Shown one piece after another: positions 1 to 13,621 of a stretch of DNA of 64,000 nt (its first letter is position 1; every line of letters starts with the position of its first letter). The translations under genes were made by a program, and so were the position numbers. Below the pieces are notes generated by a model that was not told the origin of the DNA, made no database searches, and saw only the letters and a list, made by a program, of their open reading frames with translations. Where the stretch lies: assembly GCA_964016885.1 (NCBI GenBank), contig OZ024742.1, forward strand, positions 17,732,001-17,796,000, read 5' to 3'. The stretch comes from Eledone cirrhosa. Lineage: Eukaryota.

Positions 1-227
1 AAATACAAAAGATAGTACTAATGGGAACTGCCCATATACTAAGGAAGATCCTGTCAATATAAGTACATCACAAGTCTAAACACTAAGGATGCATGTGTGA
101 ATATGTATGTTCTTTCTTGAACATGGCGGACCATGTTGTCTCTTGAGGTCACTGGTTGTGACTTGGTGATAACTCGTATAAACATAAAGCAAGATAAATG
201 CAAATAATAATAATAATAATAATAATA
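1..227 (+). mobile_element. 3' end of R4/Dong-type RLE non-LTR retrotransposon (family Y): ORF end, 3' UTR and (TAA)n tail
   Basis: Encodes ...IQKIVLMGTAHILRKILSI*; 3' UTR near-identical to those at 917-1060, 1381-1525 and 36907-37050; (TAA)n at about 203-227. Confidence 0.9.
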
Positions 228-1078
228 AGTGGTTGGCATCCTCTGGACTGAAATCGGAGACTGAAGGACTGATTATATCAGCACAAGATCAGTGTCTGCC
301 AACAAAAAATTACCAAGCCAACATAATAAAAAATGGATGCAGCCCATTATGCCGTGTATGCAAAAAACAACCAGAGACCATTGACCATATAATTTCAATG
401 TGCAGTCCTATAGCTCCAACCGAATACCTAAACAGGCATGACAGAGCTGCACAATACATACATTGGATAATGTGTAAGCATTTTGACCTGCCCCATCAAA
501 AGAATTGGTGGGAGCATCAACCACCTCCCATACTTGAAAAAGATCACATCTCAATCTTGTGGAACTTTAGCATCCAAACAGACCGAAAAATAGATGCAAA
601 TAGACCTGATATAATATTGAAGGACTTTAAAAAGAGGGTATGCCTGCTAATTGATATGTCTGTTCCAATAGACAAGAATGTATCTATAAAAACATTTGAA
701 AAATTGAGCAAGTATAAGGACCTGGAGATAGAAATTGGAAAAATGTGGAAATTGAGAACTAAAACAATACGAGTGGTTGTAGGCGCTCTGGGAATGATAC
801 CTAAGGGGTCTAATGATTACTTATCGCAGATCCCAGGAAACCCGCGTATAGGAGAAATACAAAAGATAGTACTAATGGGAACTGCCCATATACTAAAGAA
901 GATTCTGTCAATATAAGTACATCACAAGTCTAAACACTAAAGATGCATGTGTGAGTATGTATGTTCTTCCTTGAACATGGCGGACCTTGTTGTCTCTTGA
1001 GGTCACTGGTTGTGACTTGGTGATAACTCGTATGAACATAAAGCAAGATAAATGCAACTGTAATAATAATAATAATAA
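228..1078 (+). mobile_element. 5'-truncated R4/Dong-type element (family Y): zinc knuckle and RLE endonuclease (ORF 233-916), 3' UTR, (TAA)n tail
   Basis: ORF has CRVC..H..C knuckle, RHD, RPDI..D (PD-D/E motif) and KLSKY; begins directly after a TAA run and ends in a TAA run. Confidence 0.9.
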
Positions 1079-1524
1079 ATATTGAAGGACTTTAAAAAGA
1101 GGGTATGCCTGCTAATTGATATGTCTGTTCCAATAGACAAGAATGTATCTATAAAAACATTTGAAAAATTGAGCAAGTATAAGAACCTGGAGATAGAAAT
1201 TGGAAAAATGTGGAAATTGAGAACTAAAACAATACCAGTGGTTGTAGGCGCTCTGGGAATGATACCTAAGGGGTCTAATGATTAGTTATCGCAAATCCCA
1301 GGAAACCCGCGTATAGGAGAAATACAAAAGATAGTACTAATGGGAACTGCCCATATACTAAGGAAGATTCTGTCAATATAAGTACATCACAAGTCTAAAC
1401 ACTAAAGATGCATGTGTGAGTATGTATGTTCTTTCTTGAACATGGCGGACCTTGTTGTCTCTTGAGGTCACTGGTTGTGACTTGGTGTTAACTCGTATGA
1501 ACATAAAGCAAGATAAATGCAACT

Positions 1525-1560
<36 letters not shown>
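1079..1560 (+). mobile_element. Short 5'-truncated R4/Dong-type copy (family Y) with a premature stop
   Basis: Near-identical to about 615-1078; TAC->TAG stop at 1283-1285; (TAA)n tail about 1526-1560. Confidence 0.9.
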
Positions 1561-1562
<2 letters not shown>

Positions 1563-1849
1563 TAAATAAATAAATAAAATATAAAAAAATATAAAAAATA
1601 AAATATATGAAAAATATGAAAATATAAAAAATATAAGAAATAGGAAATATTTTCTCATTTCAAGAGCTCTCAATATATTTCTCTAGAATAGTTTATTATA
1701 TTTATATTTATATTTAGGAAGAAAATGTATTTATACTTGAGAAAATGAAAAAGGTGAAGGAATCTAATGATTTATCGACAGGTTTCATATATTAAGCAAA
1801 TTACTTAATTAATTATACTACATTTTAAATTTATATTTATATTTAAACG

Positions 1850-3180
1850 TTGAGTTCAATCTATGTCTGCAGCAACTGAATAAATTATTCCTTAAATTTA
1901 GGGAATTTTTGTTCTTTAATATAAAGAATATTTCCTCTATACAAAGATCGCAATTTTCTGAAGAGGAATTAAAAGGAGTAGCTTTTTGAAATAATATTCC
2001 AAATCAGCGAATGTTCAACATTATCTCGTTTTAGGTCCCATAATAGGCTAGATAGCGAAGTTGAAGATTTTTTGTTTAGCTAAGCAATTGTTATTTAACG
2101 GACAGTTGGATTTATTTCTACAGTTACAATTATTCGATTGAATATTGCTTGGGTTATTATTGGTATTTTGGTTAGGTTTTAAATTCCAATTATTAATTCT
2201 ATTAATATTTTGCGCTAAATATTTGGTGGAAGAGTAAGTTAATTTTATAGTATGTGTATTAAAAATTGAGTAATATCTATGTGTTCTAGGGAAGCGTTTG
2301 CCGAGAGCTTTAAAGAATAGTTTAGCAATAGGGGTTTTAATATTTAGTGAGAAAGGTCCTACTATATTCCTAGTTCTATTTCTTTTTCGGCTTTCGGAAT
2401 TATTGTAATGTTTTCTATTATAGTTGTTAAAATTGTTACCATAGTTAAAATTGTTATTATTTTGGTTAGTTTTTATAGTATTATTATTATCGATGTATTT
2501 AATTTTATTTCTATAACCAGCTCTACCTAACGCTTCGTTGTAATAATGCGCTTTTTCATCAAATATATTTTTATTAGATGAAATTCTCGAAATTCGTTCT
2601 TGTACAGAGTTCACTATAGTATTTTTAACGGATCTGGGGTGATTAGAGTTAAAATTGACATAATTTAAGTTCTCATTTAGTTTGTGAAATGGATAATGAA
2701 GACATGTGTTAAGATTTAGTGTTACATCTAGAAAATTGACTATTTTATGGTTATTCTCTATTTCTACTTTTAGATTAAGGTAATTAAAAAATTGTATGAT
2801 TTGTTTTCTTTTTCTATTTAGTTCACAGCTATTATTTTCTATAAGTAAAAGCATGTCGTCACGATATAAACCTCTGGTTAGACCTGGTATTTTTCTATGT
2901 AGAGAATTAATTATAAATATGCCCACAAGCTCCGTTACCTGAGCTGAGTCTGAAGATCCCTTAGTTATGTCGAAATTATTATTTCTATCTGCCCTAGTCC
3001 AGAGTTGGTTATTAAATTCTATTAATGTTTTCCGTGCCGATAATATAATGTGCATTTCATTGCTAGTTATGTCTGTATGTTTAAATGCGTAAGTTAGTGC
3101 CTTATTAAGTAGATTAGGAGTGATAGATGAGTAGTAGTTAGCAATATCCAACTGAATAAACTTATTATTATATTTACTCC
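1850..3180 (-). mobile_element. Penelope-like element, degraded: RT (ORF 2048-3151) and remnant GIY-YIG C-terminus
   Basis: DIANYYSSI, GLYRDD, NFLDVTL, SNHP and the linker CNCRNKSNCPLNNNC are typical of PLE RTs; NCDLCIEE...CRHR remnant at about 1860-1960. Confidence 0.85.
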
Positions 3181-3718
3181 AAATACTTGTCGAGTGCTTT
3201 ATATCAGTTATAAAAATATTTGCTTGTTGTATCCCAACAATTTAAATAGAACTTTTGCATATATATATATATATTAATATGTGTAGAAGTAAACACAGTA
3301 AACTCGTGTGTCTAAAATTACGAGGGTAGATTACACCACAAATGTTATATATCATTCAAGAAATCTTGTAAGAAATCTTGTAACATCCCATATGATTCAG
3401 GTTGAATGATATATAACATTTGTGGTGTAATCTACCCTCGTAATTTTAGACATGGGTTTACTGTGTTTACTTCTACACATATTAATATTATAATGCTCAG
3501 TATTTATGCTTTGAGCTTGTTAATTGCAGGGTATCTATATGAGTTAATAACTCTATATTTTATTTGTATTTCGGCTCCTTATCTGTTGAGCTTATAAAAA
3601 TGAGTGTAAATAGGCTATTATTTCTAGCATAACCACTCGCACCGCATATGACTTTCAACGCACAAGGTGTAAACTTTAGTGGGTTTATGGTTATAGGTGT
3701 TATGTAACATTTAGTCAT

Positions 3719-3810
3719 ATCTCTCGCTGACGAAATGCCTACGGATTACTTGTTACAAACACGATTCATTCAGGGCGAAACAGATTAAATCTTTAGTCTG
3801 TCCGGGAGAT
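3719..3810 (+). ncRNA. Type I hammerhead ribozyme
   Basis: Stem I ATCTCTCG/CGGGAGAT; core CTGACGA (3727) ... GAAA (3777); stem III CAGATTAAA-TC-TTTAGTCTG; GUC site at 3800-3802; long, imperfectly closed domain II. Confidence 0.75.
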
Positions 3811-3971
3811 GAAATGGTTATTGATATGGTATGTATGAGAAATCTTGTAAGAAATCTTGTAACATCCCATATGATTCAGGTTGAATGATATATAACATTT
3901 GTGGTGTAATCTATCCTCGTAATTTTAGACACGGGTTTACTGTGTTTACTTCTACACATATTAATATTATA

Positions 3972-4148
3972 ATTGTTTCTACATTTGGCACAAGGCCAGC
4001 AATTATCCAGTACATTACTGGTACTTTATTTTATCGACCCCGTAAGGATGAAAGGCAAAGTTAACCTCGGCGGGATTTGAACTCAGATCGTAAAGGGATG
4101 TAACTATGCTGGAAAGCATGGCGTCCGACTCTCTACCTATACTGCCAA
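3972..4148 (-). mobile_element. tRNA-headed SINE (octopus-like family)
   Basis: Minus strand has A-box-like TGGCAGTATAGG and B-box GAGTTCAAATC, then core ..CTTTCATCCTTACGGGGTCGATAAAATAAAGTACCAGT..; many copies in the window. Confidence 0.85.
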
Positions 4149-4454
4149 TGCTCAGTATTTATACATTGAGCTTGTTAATTGCAGGGTATCTATATGAGTT
4201 AATAACTCTATATTTTAATTGTATGTATATATATATATCCATAGGTGTATCGATATGAAATGAAAAAAAAACTGATAATTGCATGTATAGGCAAATAGCT
4301 GAATAGGAATTAGAAAATGGGAAATGGAAAGTTAAATATACAAAAGAAGATAATTTCAAAAATAGACTGAAATGGGTATAAAAAATATATTATATAAACT
4401 CTCACGTCATTCACATATGCATGCACAGTCACACACATGCATAAAAGTGTATAT

Positions 4455-5450
<996 letters not shown>

Positions 5451-5633
5451 CCAGAAATAATAATAAAACACACTCACTGTTTGGTTGGCGTTGGTTTTCG
5501 CTTCTGTATTTTTTATATATCCATAGATAATTTATCTGGCAATCAATGTTTATCATTGATTGCCAGATAAAATAATAAATATAAAATATATATATATATA
5601 AAATACAGAAGCGAAAACCAACCCCAAGTATAA

Positions 5634-5705
<72 letters not shown>

Positions 5706-5710
<5 letters not shown>

Positions 5711-6200
5711 CGAAACATAAGTCAATTGCATGAACTCATAATCCTTTATTTACTGCTATATATATTTCGATGATAGCCATTGAATGGCTATGACCTCATC
5801 AGGCAGTTAGTCAGTTCTTAGATATGCCAGCTCTGTGTTTATAGTGTTGATGGTATCAGAGCCTTGGGACATATGAGCTTGTTGGGAATATTTTGATGTT
5901 GTCAGCAGGAATAGTCTTGATTCTCATTGGTCAGTTTGTAGATGGTAGTAGGTTGCTATTTGACCTCAAAGAGGCAGGTGGTTCTGTAAGGTTCAAACCG
6001 TCAGGCAAGATGACCTGATGAGGTCATAGCCATTCAATGGCTATCATCGAAATATACATAGCAGTAAATAAAGGATTATAAGTTCATGCAGTTGACTTAT
6101 GTTTCGTCACTATTATAACTCCGGAACTTATATCTTCGTTGAGTGCTCCCTATCCGCATACTGAAGTACTGGATTTTGCCAACACTTACTTTCTTGCTTA
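5706..6200. mobile_element. Non-coding fold-back (inverted pLTR-like) element with hammerhead motifs
   Basis: 5706-5803 is the reverse complement of 6014-6113; flanked by (TA)n. Confidence 0.7.
5752..5807 (-). ncRNA. Minimal type I hammerhead ribozyme
   Basis: Minus strand: ACTGC-CTGATGA-GGTCATAGCCATTCAATGGCTATCATC-GAAA-TATATA-TA-GCAGT; palindromic stem III. The plus-strand copy at 6015-6065 lacks the 5' strand of stem I. Confidence 0.8.
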
Positions 6201-6262
6201 TATATATATATAACACGATTTCATATCAAAAACGCTGCAAAACATATATATATATATATGTA

Positions 6263-6352
<90 letters not shown>

Positions 6353-6914
6353 AATTTTAGTACAGCATTAACGAAGCTTTAGGCTGCGGCTAAGCTAACG
6401 AATGCAGATTCGGAATGTAGGTTTAGCACTCGATGGGGAATAATACTCCCAGAGTTATAACAATACGTTTAGACAGCTTTGCAAATCAAATATAGCGATC
6501 GGCAGTCCAGCCGCATTACCATAGCAACGAAAAAGACTGGACTCAGGGAAAGATTTTTGACTGACCTGGACCATCGTGCGGAGACGGAATGCAACACATA
6601 ACGCGTATCGTATAGCATATGATATACATCACATATAACATACAGCATCCACGCTAGGTTTCTGTAAATCTGAGATCGACTAATTCCGCTTGCAGGGGTC
6701 TGCAACTTAATGGCCTTTGACGACAGAACAAAGGATTTACTTCGTCAACAAGTCTTGCGTTCTATAGCATCAGCGGGTGTGTTCTAACAGTAAATTTCGC
6801 TATAGACACGTGGTTTTCTCAAAGGGAGGTAACCCCCGTTTTGGCGGTGAATTCGAAATTTGAGACAAAGGAATGAAATTCCCTTAGACAAACCGATATA
6901 TATATATATATATA

Positions 6915-8133
6915 TACAAAATTAAGATAATCAAAATTATGGGTGTCATGCTAGAAAGACATGCGCCATAATACCCGCAAAATAAGCTCTAAGATTCTAA
7001 CGAATAGGTCCGAGCATTTTATAATAACTAGAAATTGATTAACATATAAATGAACATGAATAATCACAGGAGATAATTTTTACAAGTGTGTAAGCACACA
7101 TAGCTAGGTAGGTAACTAAATAAAGTTAACCAGAACTTCAAAAATAGATACCTTATAATATGATTAATCTTCCCTGTATATAATCCATTAAAGAAATATA
7201 TTTCACCAATTAATCGAATGGTAAACCATAGAGGCCGGTACTTGGATTTTCAACACGGAAGAAGTCCAGCGATCTATGTTTACACTTCAAGTTCAAATCA
7301 GCGACTGGCCAGCAACACGTGCTGTATCTACTAGAAATACACACATCATACCAGCTTCGTCACAGTGGCGTGAATAGGGTTATCGACGACTATAAACAGC
7401 AGTCAAATCCTTTCAACAGAATATTCAATGGAATATATACACGGAAGATTAATCATATTATAAGGTATCTATTTTGAAGTTCTGGTTAACTTTATTTAGT
7501 TACCTACCTAGCTATGTGTGCTTACACACTTGTAAAAATTATCTCCTGTGATTATTCATTTTTATTTATATGTTAATCAATTTCTAGTTATTATAAAATG
7601 CTCGGACCTATTCGTTAGAATCTTAGAGCTTATTTTGCGGGTGATATGGCGCATGTCTTTCTGGCATGACACCCATAATTTTGATAACTTAATTTTGGAT
7701 ATAAATATATAAATACGGCTCCTTAGTTGTAGAGCTAACTCTGTTGAAAGGATTTGACTGCTGTTTATAGTCGTCGATAACCCTATTAACGCCACTGTGA
7801 CGAAGCTGGTATGATGTGTGTATTTCTAGTAGATACAGCACGTGTTGCTGGCCAGTCGCTGATTTGAACTTGAAGTGTAAACATAGATCGCTGGACTTCT
7901 TCCTTGTTGAAAATCCAAGTACCGGCCTCCATGGTTTACCATTCGATTAATTGGTGAAATATATTTCTTTAATGGAATATATACAGGGAAGATTAATCAT
8001 ATTATAAGGTATCTATTTTTGAAGTTTTGGTTAACTTTATTTAGTTACCCACCTAGCTATGTGTGGTTACACACTTGTAAAAATTATCTCCTGTGATTAT
8101 TCATGTTTATTTATATGTTAATCAATTTCTAGT

Positions 8134-8140
<7 letters not shown>
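6915..8140. repeat. Fold-back repeat: ~500-bp inverted arm followed by a ~545-bp-period direct repeat (pLTR-like geometry)
   Basis: 7428-7700 is the reverse complement of about 6918-7190; 7740-8140 is the reverse complement of about 7020-7420; 7428-7600 recurs at 7972-8138; flanked by (TA)n. Confidence 0.85.
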
Positions 8141-8220
<80 letters not shown>

Positions 8221-9115
8221 ATAATTATCTCCAAATTATTTTGTTGAGCAAAAATTTGCCAAAACTGCTACTATAGTTCATAGTAATAGTTCTGCTACTG
8301 TCTTCTTAACACCCCACTCCTCACTGATTAACCTCGATGTCACGTGATTGATTCTTTTGAATTTGCCACCGACCAAGTAGGCAGTGATTTTTTCAATGTC
8401 TTGGAATTTAGTCCTCGCTTGCTTTTTTCCATCCACTGAATTATTTTTGTATAAGTTCCCTGTGTCCACGCATCGCCTGGGAACTTAGCTGAGAATTGAC
8501 TTCCAGATGACGAAAGGTATTCTCCATGTTGTTCCATTCCGAAACCATGTTTATTCCCTTTCAGAAACTAATTAGTTGGAGTGAAATTTTAGTAAGTAAG
8601 TTAATTTTTATAATTTTCTTATTTTACGTCTTTCATATAATTGTTCTGCATCCCCTTGCATTGAACCACAAAGTTACTAAGACAAAACCTATATATTTGC
8701 TAGCATAGGTATGCATCTGTATATATATGTTGGTAGATATACTAATTCTTTATATATATATATATCAGACAGGGTGTGGTAAAAACCAGAGAGACCCATA
8801 ACTCACCAGATTATTCGATACTTGAGATCGGATCTAGTTGTTGAAACGGCCAGAGCTCAGTCGTCGGGGTCCTGAATCTTTTCATATATATATATATGTG
8901 TGTGTGTCTGTGCGTGTGTGTATGTGTGTGTGTGTACTATATATATATATATATATATATAGTGTGTGTGTGTGTGCGTGTACTATATATATATGTATGG
9001 GGGGTACTATTTATATATATTATGTGTGTGTGTGCGTGTATGTGTGTGCAGAGTGTATTTTTCAAAGAAAAATGATGGCAACGGCTTCGAAGTTTCAGCA
9101 ACGATACCACTTCAG

Positions 9116-9237
<122 letters not shown>

Positions 9238-10204
9238 TGCACGCTGAATAAAGTTTAAGTTTTCAGGGGGGGGGGCACTAAAACTTACTTTTGTCATGCA
9301 CTGTCGATGATCAATATATTTACGTCCATGTTTTTTTTTAAGTTCCATGTTTAACTATGGACTCGTATTAAAATATGAATCAAGTTAACCCCAGACAAGT
9401 CAAATCATTGATTTCTCTGTAACTATAATATTTAATATTTTACACAAGAGAGGTTTGAAACGTATTGATTTAAATTTCAACAATAATGTATCAGTTATCA
9501 TTCAAAGGGGGGGGGGGACACAACTGAGACATCATAAAACTTTATAATTCAACTCATTTTACCGTTTAATCAGTCAAATTCTGCCGAAGTTATTTTGCCT
9601 GTTCTCGTTTGTTGGAGCATCTTCCTCGGCGGCAGATATAATCGGATTTATTTTGTATGTTCGTTCATTGTGAAACGAAAGTATAGTGAGAGAATGTAAT
9701 CACTTCTCTGTCGTCCTTGTCCAATATTATGTTTTTAATCGCTTTGTTAAAGAAAAAGTTCGTTCAGCCATCGCAGATATTTCAGGAATTACGACTAAAA
9801 GTTCATAAATTTTACAAGTATCTGATACTATGTGAAAACCTACCATCAGCTATTATTCACTTAGATTGTATATACTGTCAACCAAAACAGACAGAGGTCT
9901 TTCTCATAGAAACATTAAAGACTGAGTGTCGAACTATCAAAGCAATAATGTCGTAGCTCTCATTGATAAAATTGGTTTCTGATATTTTAAATTTTCCTTG
10001 TACATTCCACAGAGGATACAGGATACACCATCATAATGTTATGATGAGAGAAGTCAAAAGTAATGAACCAAATTGATTTAAAAGAAAGTTTCTAATTGCC
10101 AACCAACCGCTTGGGAAATTGAAATTTCATCGATTGCTTTGAAGTAATAGAAACAAACCTTGAAGTGGTTTTGTGTGGTGGTTAAATACTATATTCAACG
10201 ATGT

Positions 10205-10300
10205 AAACATTGCCTTTCATCCTTACGGGGTCGATAAAATAAAGTACCAGTAATGCACTGGGATAATTGCTGGCCTTGTGCCAAAAAGTAGAAACAATTA
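10205..10300 (+). mobile_element. SINE 3' half (octopus-like family)
   Basis: TTGCCTTTCATCCTTACGGGGTCGATAAAATAAAGTACCAGTAATGCACTGGG..GTAGAAACAATTA. Confidence 0.8.
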
Positions 10301-10414
10301 TTTCTGAAGGTAATCAACAAAGAAATAATGCCTACATCTTTGAATATAGTTTTTTAATCGCCTGATGGAAGCGTCAGTTGTATCTACCGCCTCAGGAGAC
10401 ACATGTGTCTAACT

Positions 10415-10702
10415 CAGGATTGGGGAGGCCTGGGGCACTTAAGGTATAGGGGGCCCCCTCATACACAAAAGAATTAGAATACACAGCAAATCCCCTAATT
10501 TTACATATCAAAGTTAGCTTGGTGCAAGTAATTAAAATGAAAGGTTATACATACAGGGATTAAATTCAAAAATTCTTACCACCCTAAAACTAAAAAGCAC
10601 ATCTGAAGGCACAAATAAATTGCTACAGTCGTCTCTGATGGGGGCCTCCACTGCATGGGGTCGGGGCAATGGCCCCCTTTACCCCCATTAAATCCGGCCC
10701 TG
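10415..10702. mobile_element. Non-autonomous hAT-type DNA transposon (MITE), degenerate
   Basis: Right end TAAATCCGGCCCTG (CAGGGCCGG-type TIR), left end CAGG.., subterminal GGGGCCCC motifs, imperfect 8-bp TSD GTCTAACT/GTCCAGCT. Confidence 0.6.
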
Positions 10703-11189
10703 GTCCAGCTGGCTGCGAACATTTACTAATCTGACTTATCAGATTCCCATTTCACAATACCATCACAATGGTTGCTAAATAAATCTTTATCCTTCATAAA
10801 TCTCAGGAGTTCTTTAATAATTTCAGTCATCCTCAGTCCATCGTTTCCCGTCTCTTTAAGTACTTTTAATCATAAAATTAAAGTCCAACATAACTGTATA
10901 CATACATGTATTTAACGTTTGTATATCGAATAATATACAATAGGACTGAATAATTATCAAGAATTCGGTGACAATAAGCATCGTGTGTTGTCCATCTAGT
11001 TGCACTCAGAGTTAAGATAACATCCAACCTCTAATTTAAATTTAGGCACTTTAATATATGTATCAAAGTTGTTATTTGTTGGATAAATGGGTATAAATTC
11101 GTCAGAAACCAGTGGAAACGTTTGTGACTACTTGACCAACTACACCTCTTATAATAAAGCCAGCCATTCTAGTACAGAACATATTTTGT

Positions 11190-11942
11190 ACATCGTAGCT
11201 GAGGTACTGGCTCTGCTGAGGTTGTGTAACGTAGCTCAAGTACAAGCTCAATTGACGCTGTATCGTAGCTCAAGTACAAGCTCTGTTGAGGTTGTACATC
11301 GTAGCTCAAGTTCAAGCTCTGTTGAGGCTGTATATCATAGCTCAGTTGCTAGCTCTGTTGAGGTTGTATATCGTAGCTCAAGTACAAGCTCTGTTGACGC
11401 AGTATATCATAGCTCAGTTGCTAGCTTTGTTGAGGCAATATATTGTAGCTCAGTTTCTAGCTCTGTTGAGGAAGTATATCGTAGCTCAAGTACTAGCTTT
11501 ATTGAGGCGGTATATCGTAGCTCAGTTGCTAGCTCTGTTGAGGTTGTATATTGCAGCTCAATTATAAGCTCAGTTGACGCTGTATATCGTTGCTCAAGTA
11601 CAAGCTCTGTTGAGGTTGTATATCGTAGCTCAGGTACTAGCTCTGTTGAGGCTGTATATCATAGCTCAGTTGCTAGCTCTGTTGAGGCAGTATATCATAG
11701 CTCAGTTGCTAGCTCTGTTGAGGCAATATATATTGTGGCTCAGGTACAAGAACTGTTGACGCTGTATATCGCAGCTCAGTTGCTAGCTCTGTTGATGTTG
11801 TATATCGTAGCTCAAGTTCAAGAACTGTTGACGCTGTATATCGCAGCTCAAGTACTAGCTCTGTTGATGTTGTATATCGTAGCTCAAGTTCAAGAACTGT
11901 TGACGCTGTATATCGCAGCTCAGGTACTAACACTGTTGAGGC
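11190..11942 (+). repeat. 36-bp minisatellite, about 21 copies (consensus ~CTCTGTTGAGGCTGTATATCGTAGCTCAGTTGCTAG)
   Basis: CTCTGTTGAG recurs at 11281, 11317, etc.; explains the repetitive ORFs 11087-11956 and 11286-11567. Confidence 0.95.
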
Positions 11943-12712
11943 ACTTCTGGAGATAACAATCCGCTTTCCATCTCAATCGTACAAGCTTATAGAAGATAGA
12001 TGATTCTAACATTTCCTTGTCAGCAAAAAGTGCAAATATTCAATAATTTTTATTATACATTTACGATTTGTTTGCATACGTTTTCTGACAGTTCCATCTT
12101 ACAATTACCTAACGTTATTACTCTTCCGATTTAATAACAGCTCAGTAACATTGGCAAATTCGGGGTTCCTCAAAGCACCGATAAGTTTTTTTGTTTTTTT
12201 TCCAATTACAAAATCCTTCTTAAAATCACATTTTCTTTGCTTCTAACATACTCTAGTTTAAAATGTTTCTTCCGCAAAGGATACAGGATACAATATGCAC
12301 GAACGTAATGTTATGATGAGCGAAGTCAAAAGTAGGGAAACAAATTCATTTAAAATAACGTTTCTAATTGCCAACAATCCGCTTGAGAAAATGAAATATC
12401 ATTGATTGCTTTAAATGAGTAATAGAAACAAACCTAGGAGCGGTTTTGGGAGTTGGTTGTGTTGATGATGAAACTGTGTTGATGCAGCAGAAATGAGTGA
12501 ATATTCTATTTTGTAGTGCGATTTGTTTCAACAGCCAATAAACTGGAACCATTAATGTGTATCGGTTTAAATTGAAAGAAAACAGCGTCGTTTATTACCG
12601 GCTATAGTTGGGCATACTTGGAATAAACTGGAACAATTAACATTTTTCGGCTCAAGTTGAAAGAAAAACACCATCGTCAATTTAAAAAAATAAAAATAGA
12701 CGTCGTTGTAGA

Positions 12713-12786
12713 AGGCTCTAGAGGGATTCGAACCCTCGACCTCCAGTTTACTAGACTGGCGCTCTAACCAACTGAGCTATGGAGCC
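12713..12786 (-). tRNA. tRNA-Thr(AGT): tRNA-Thr(AGT); one acceptor-stem mismatch
   Basis: GGCTCCATAGCTCAGTTGGTTAGAGCGCCAGTCTAGTAAACTGGAGGTCGAGGGTTCGAATCCCTCTAGAGCCT; anticodon arm CCAGT-CTAGTAA-ACTGG; C:A at acceptor pair 6. Confidence 0.85.
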
Positions 12787-12954
12787 ACGAGTTACGTTTG
12801 CATGTATCTTAAGTATTAAATAAACGTCATTATGTTACAATAGTCACTAGTAGTTGACAAAAGGATTACATAATTAATCATTATTCACAGAAATATCACT
12901 ACTGTACGGAAGGATATAATGTTCAACATATGTAAGAAATATGTGTTCTTCTAC

Positions 12955-13310
12955 TTCACCCAATTATCCCCGAGGGGGTCGTGGGGGCTGAGTCCTCGAA
13001 TGCGCCTTCTACCAGGTCCTGTCAGAAGCAACCGTCTCCAACGGATCCTGCTGGATCCCCAAGGGAGACCAGCCAATCTCATGGATGTTATGCAACAAGT
13101 TTTCTCAGGATCTATCCCTGGCTCTCATGTCGGTTGGTTTTGCACGTAAAATCTGTCCAGCGATCTCTCAATTCGGAGACCGAGCGGCTCTATCTTGAGT
13201 GACTCTCTCATCTCCGAGCTACACACTCTATTGAGTAACGTTATTCCAATGACTCTTCAGGGGAACCCCATTTCGTCGACTTGTTAATCGCGATCGTATT
13301 CCTTCAACCA
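12955..13310 (-). mobile_element. Degraded RTE-clade LINE 3' fragment
   Basis: Reverse complement is homologous to the RTE fragment of the array units (..GACAGATTTTACGTGCAAAACC..CATCCATGAGATTGG..). Confidence 0.55.
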
Positions 13311-13548
13311 TGTGACTAGAATGTATCAGGAAAGAATTGCTGGACAGATTTTACGGGCAAAACCAAGAAGCAGCAGACCCAGGAATAGCTCCGCTTGAAG
13401 AAGTGTTTGAGAACACTGACTGACGACACTCTGAGAAATATTTTGAAGAGGAAGTAGAGGAGGGGGGAGCAGGAGGAGAAGGATGAAGAAAAAGAAAAAA
13501 AAAGAATCTTTAATTTACAAAGAAATTTATTAAAAAAAAGTAAAATTT

Positions 13549-13621
13549 CGCTTTAGAGGAATACGAACACTGGCCGTCTAGCTTACTAAACTGGCGCTCT
13601 AACCAACTGAGTTATGGAGCT
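13549..13621 (-). pseudogene. Highly degenerate tRNA-Thr pseudogene
   Basis: Recognisable D-arm and AGT anticodon region; acceptor, anticodon and T stems are broken. Confidence 0.7.

Larger units (their letters stand above)
3270..4225 (+). repeat. pLTR-like structure: ~479-bp-period direct repeat preceded by a short inverted copy; second copy interrupted by a SINE
   Basis: 3362.. repeats at 3841..; 3270-3358 is the reverse complement of about 3400-3490; TGCTCAGTATTTAT.. at about 3493 resumes at about 4149 after the SINE. Confidence 0.8.

Noticed and set aside
8278-8537. Two short overlapping minus-strand ORFs as a host exon
   Set aside because: No recognisable domain and no supportable splice structure.
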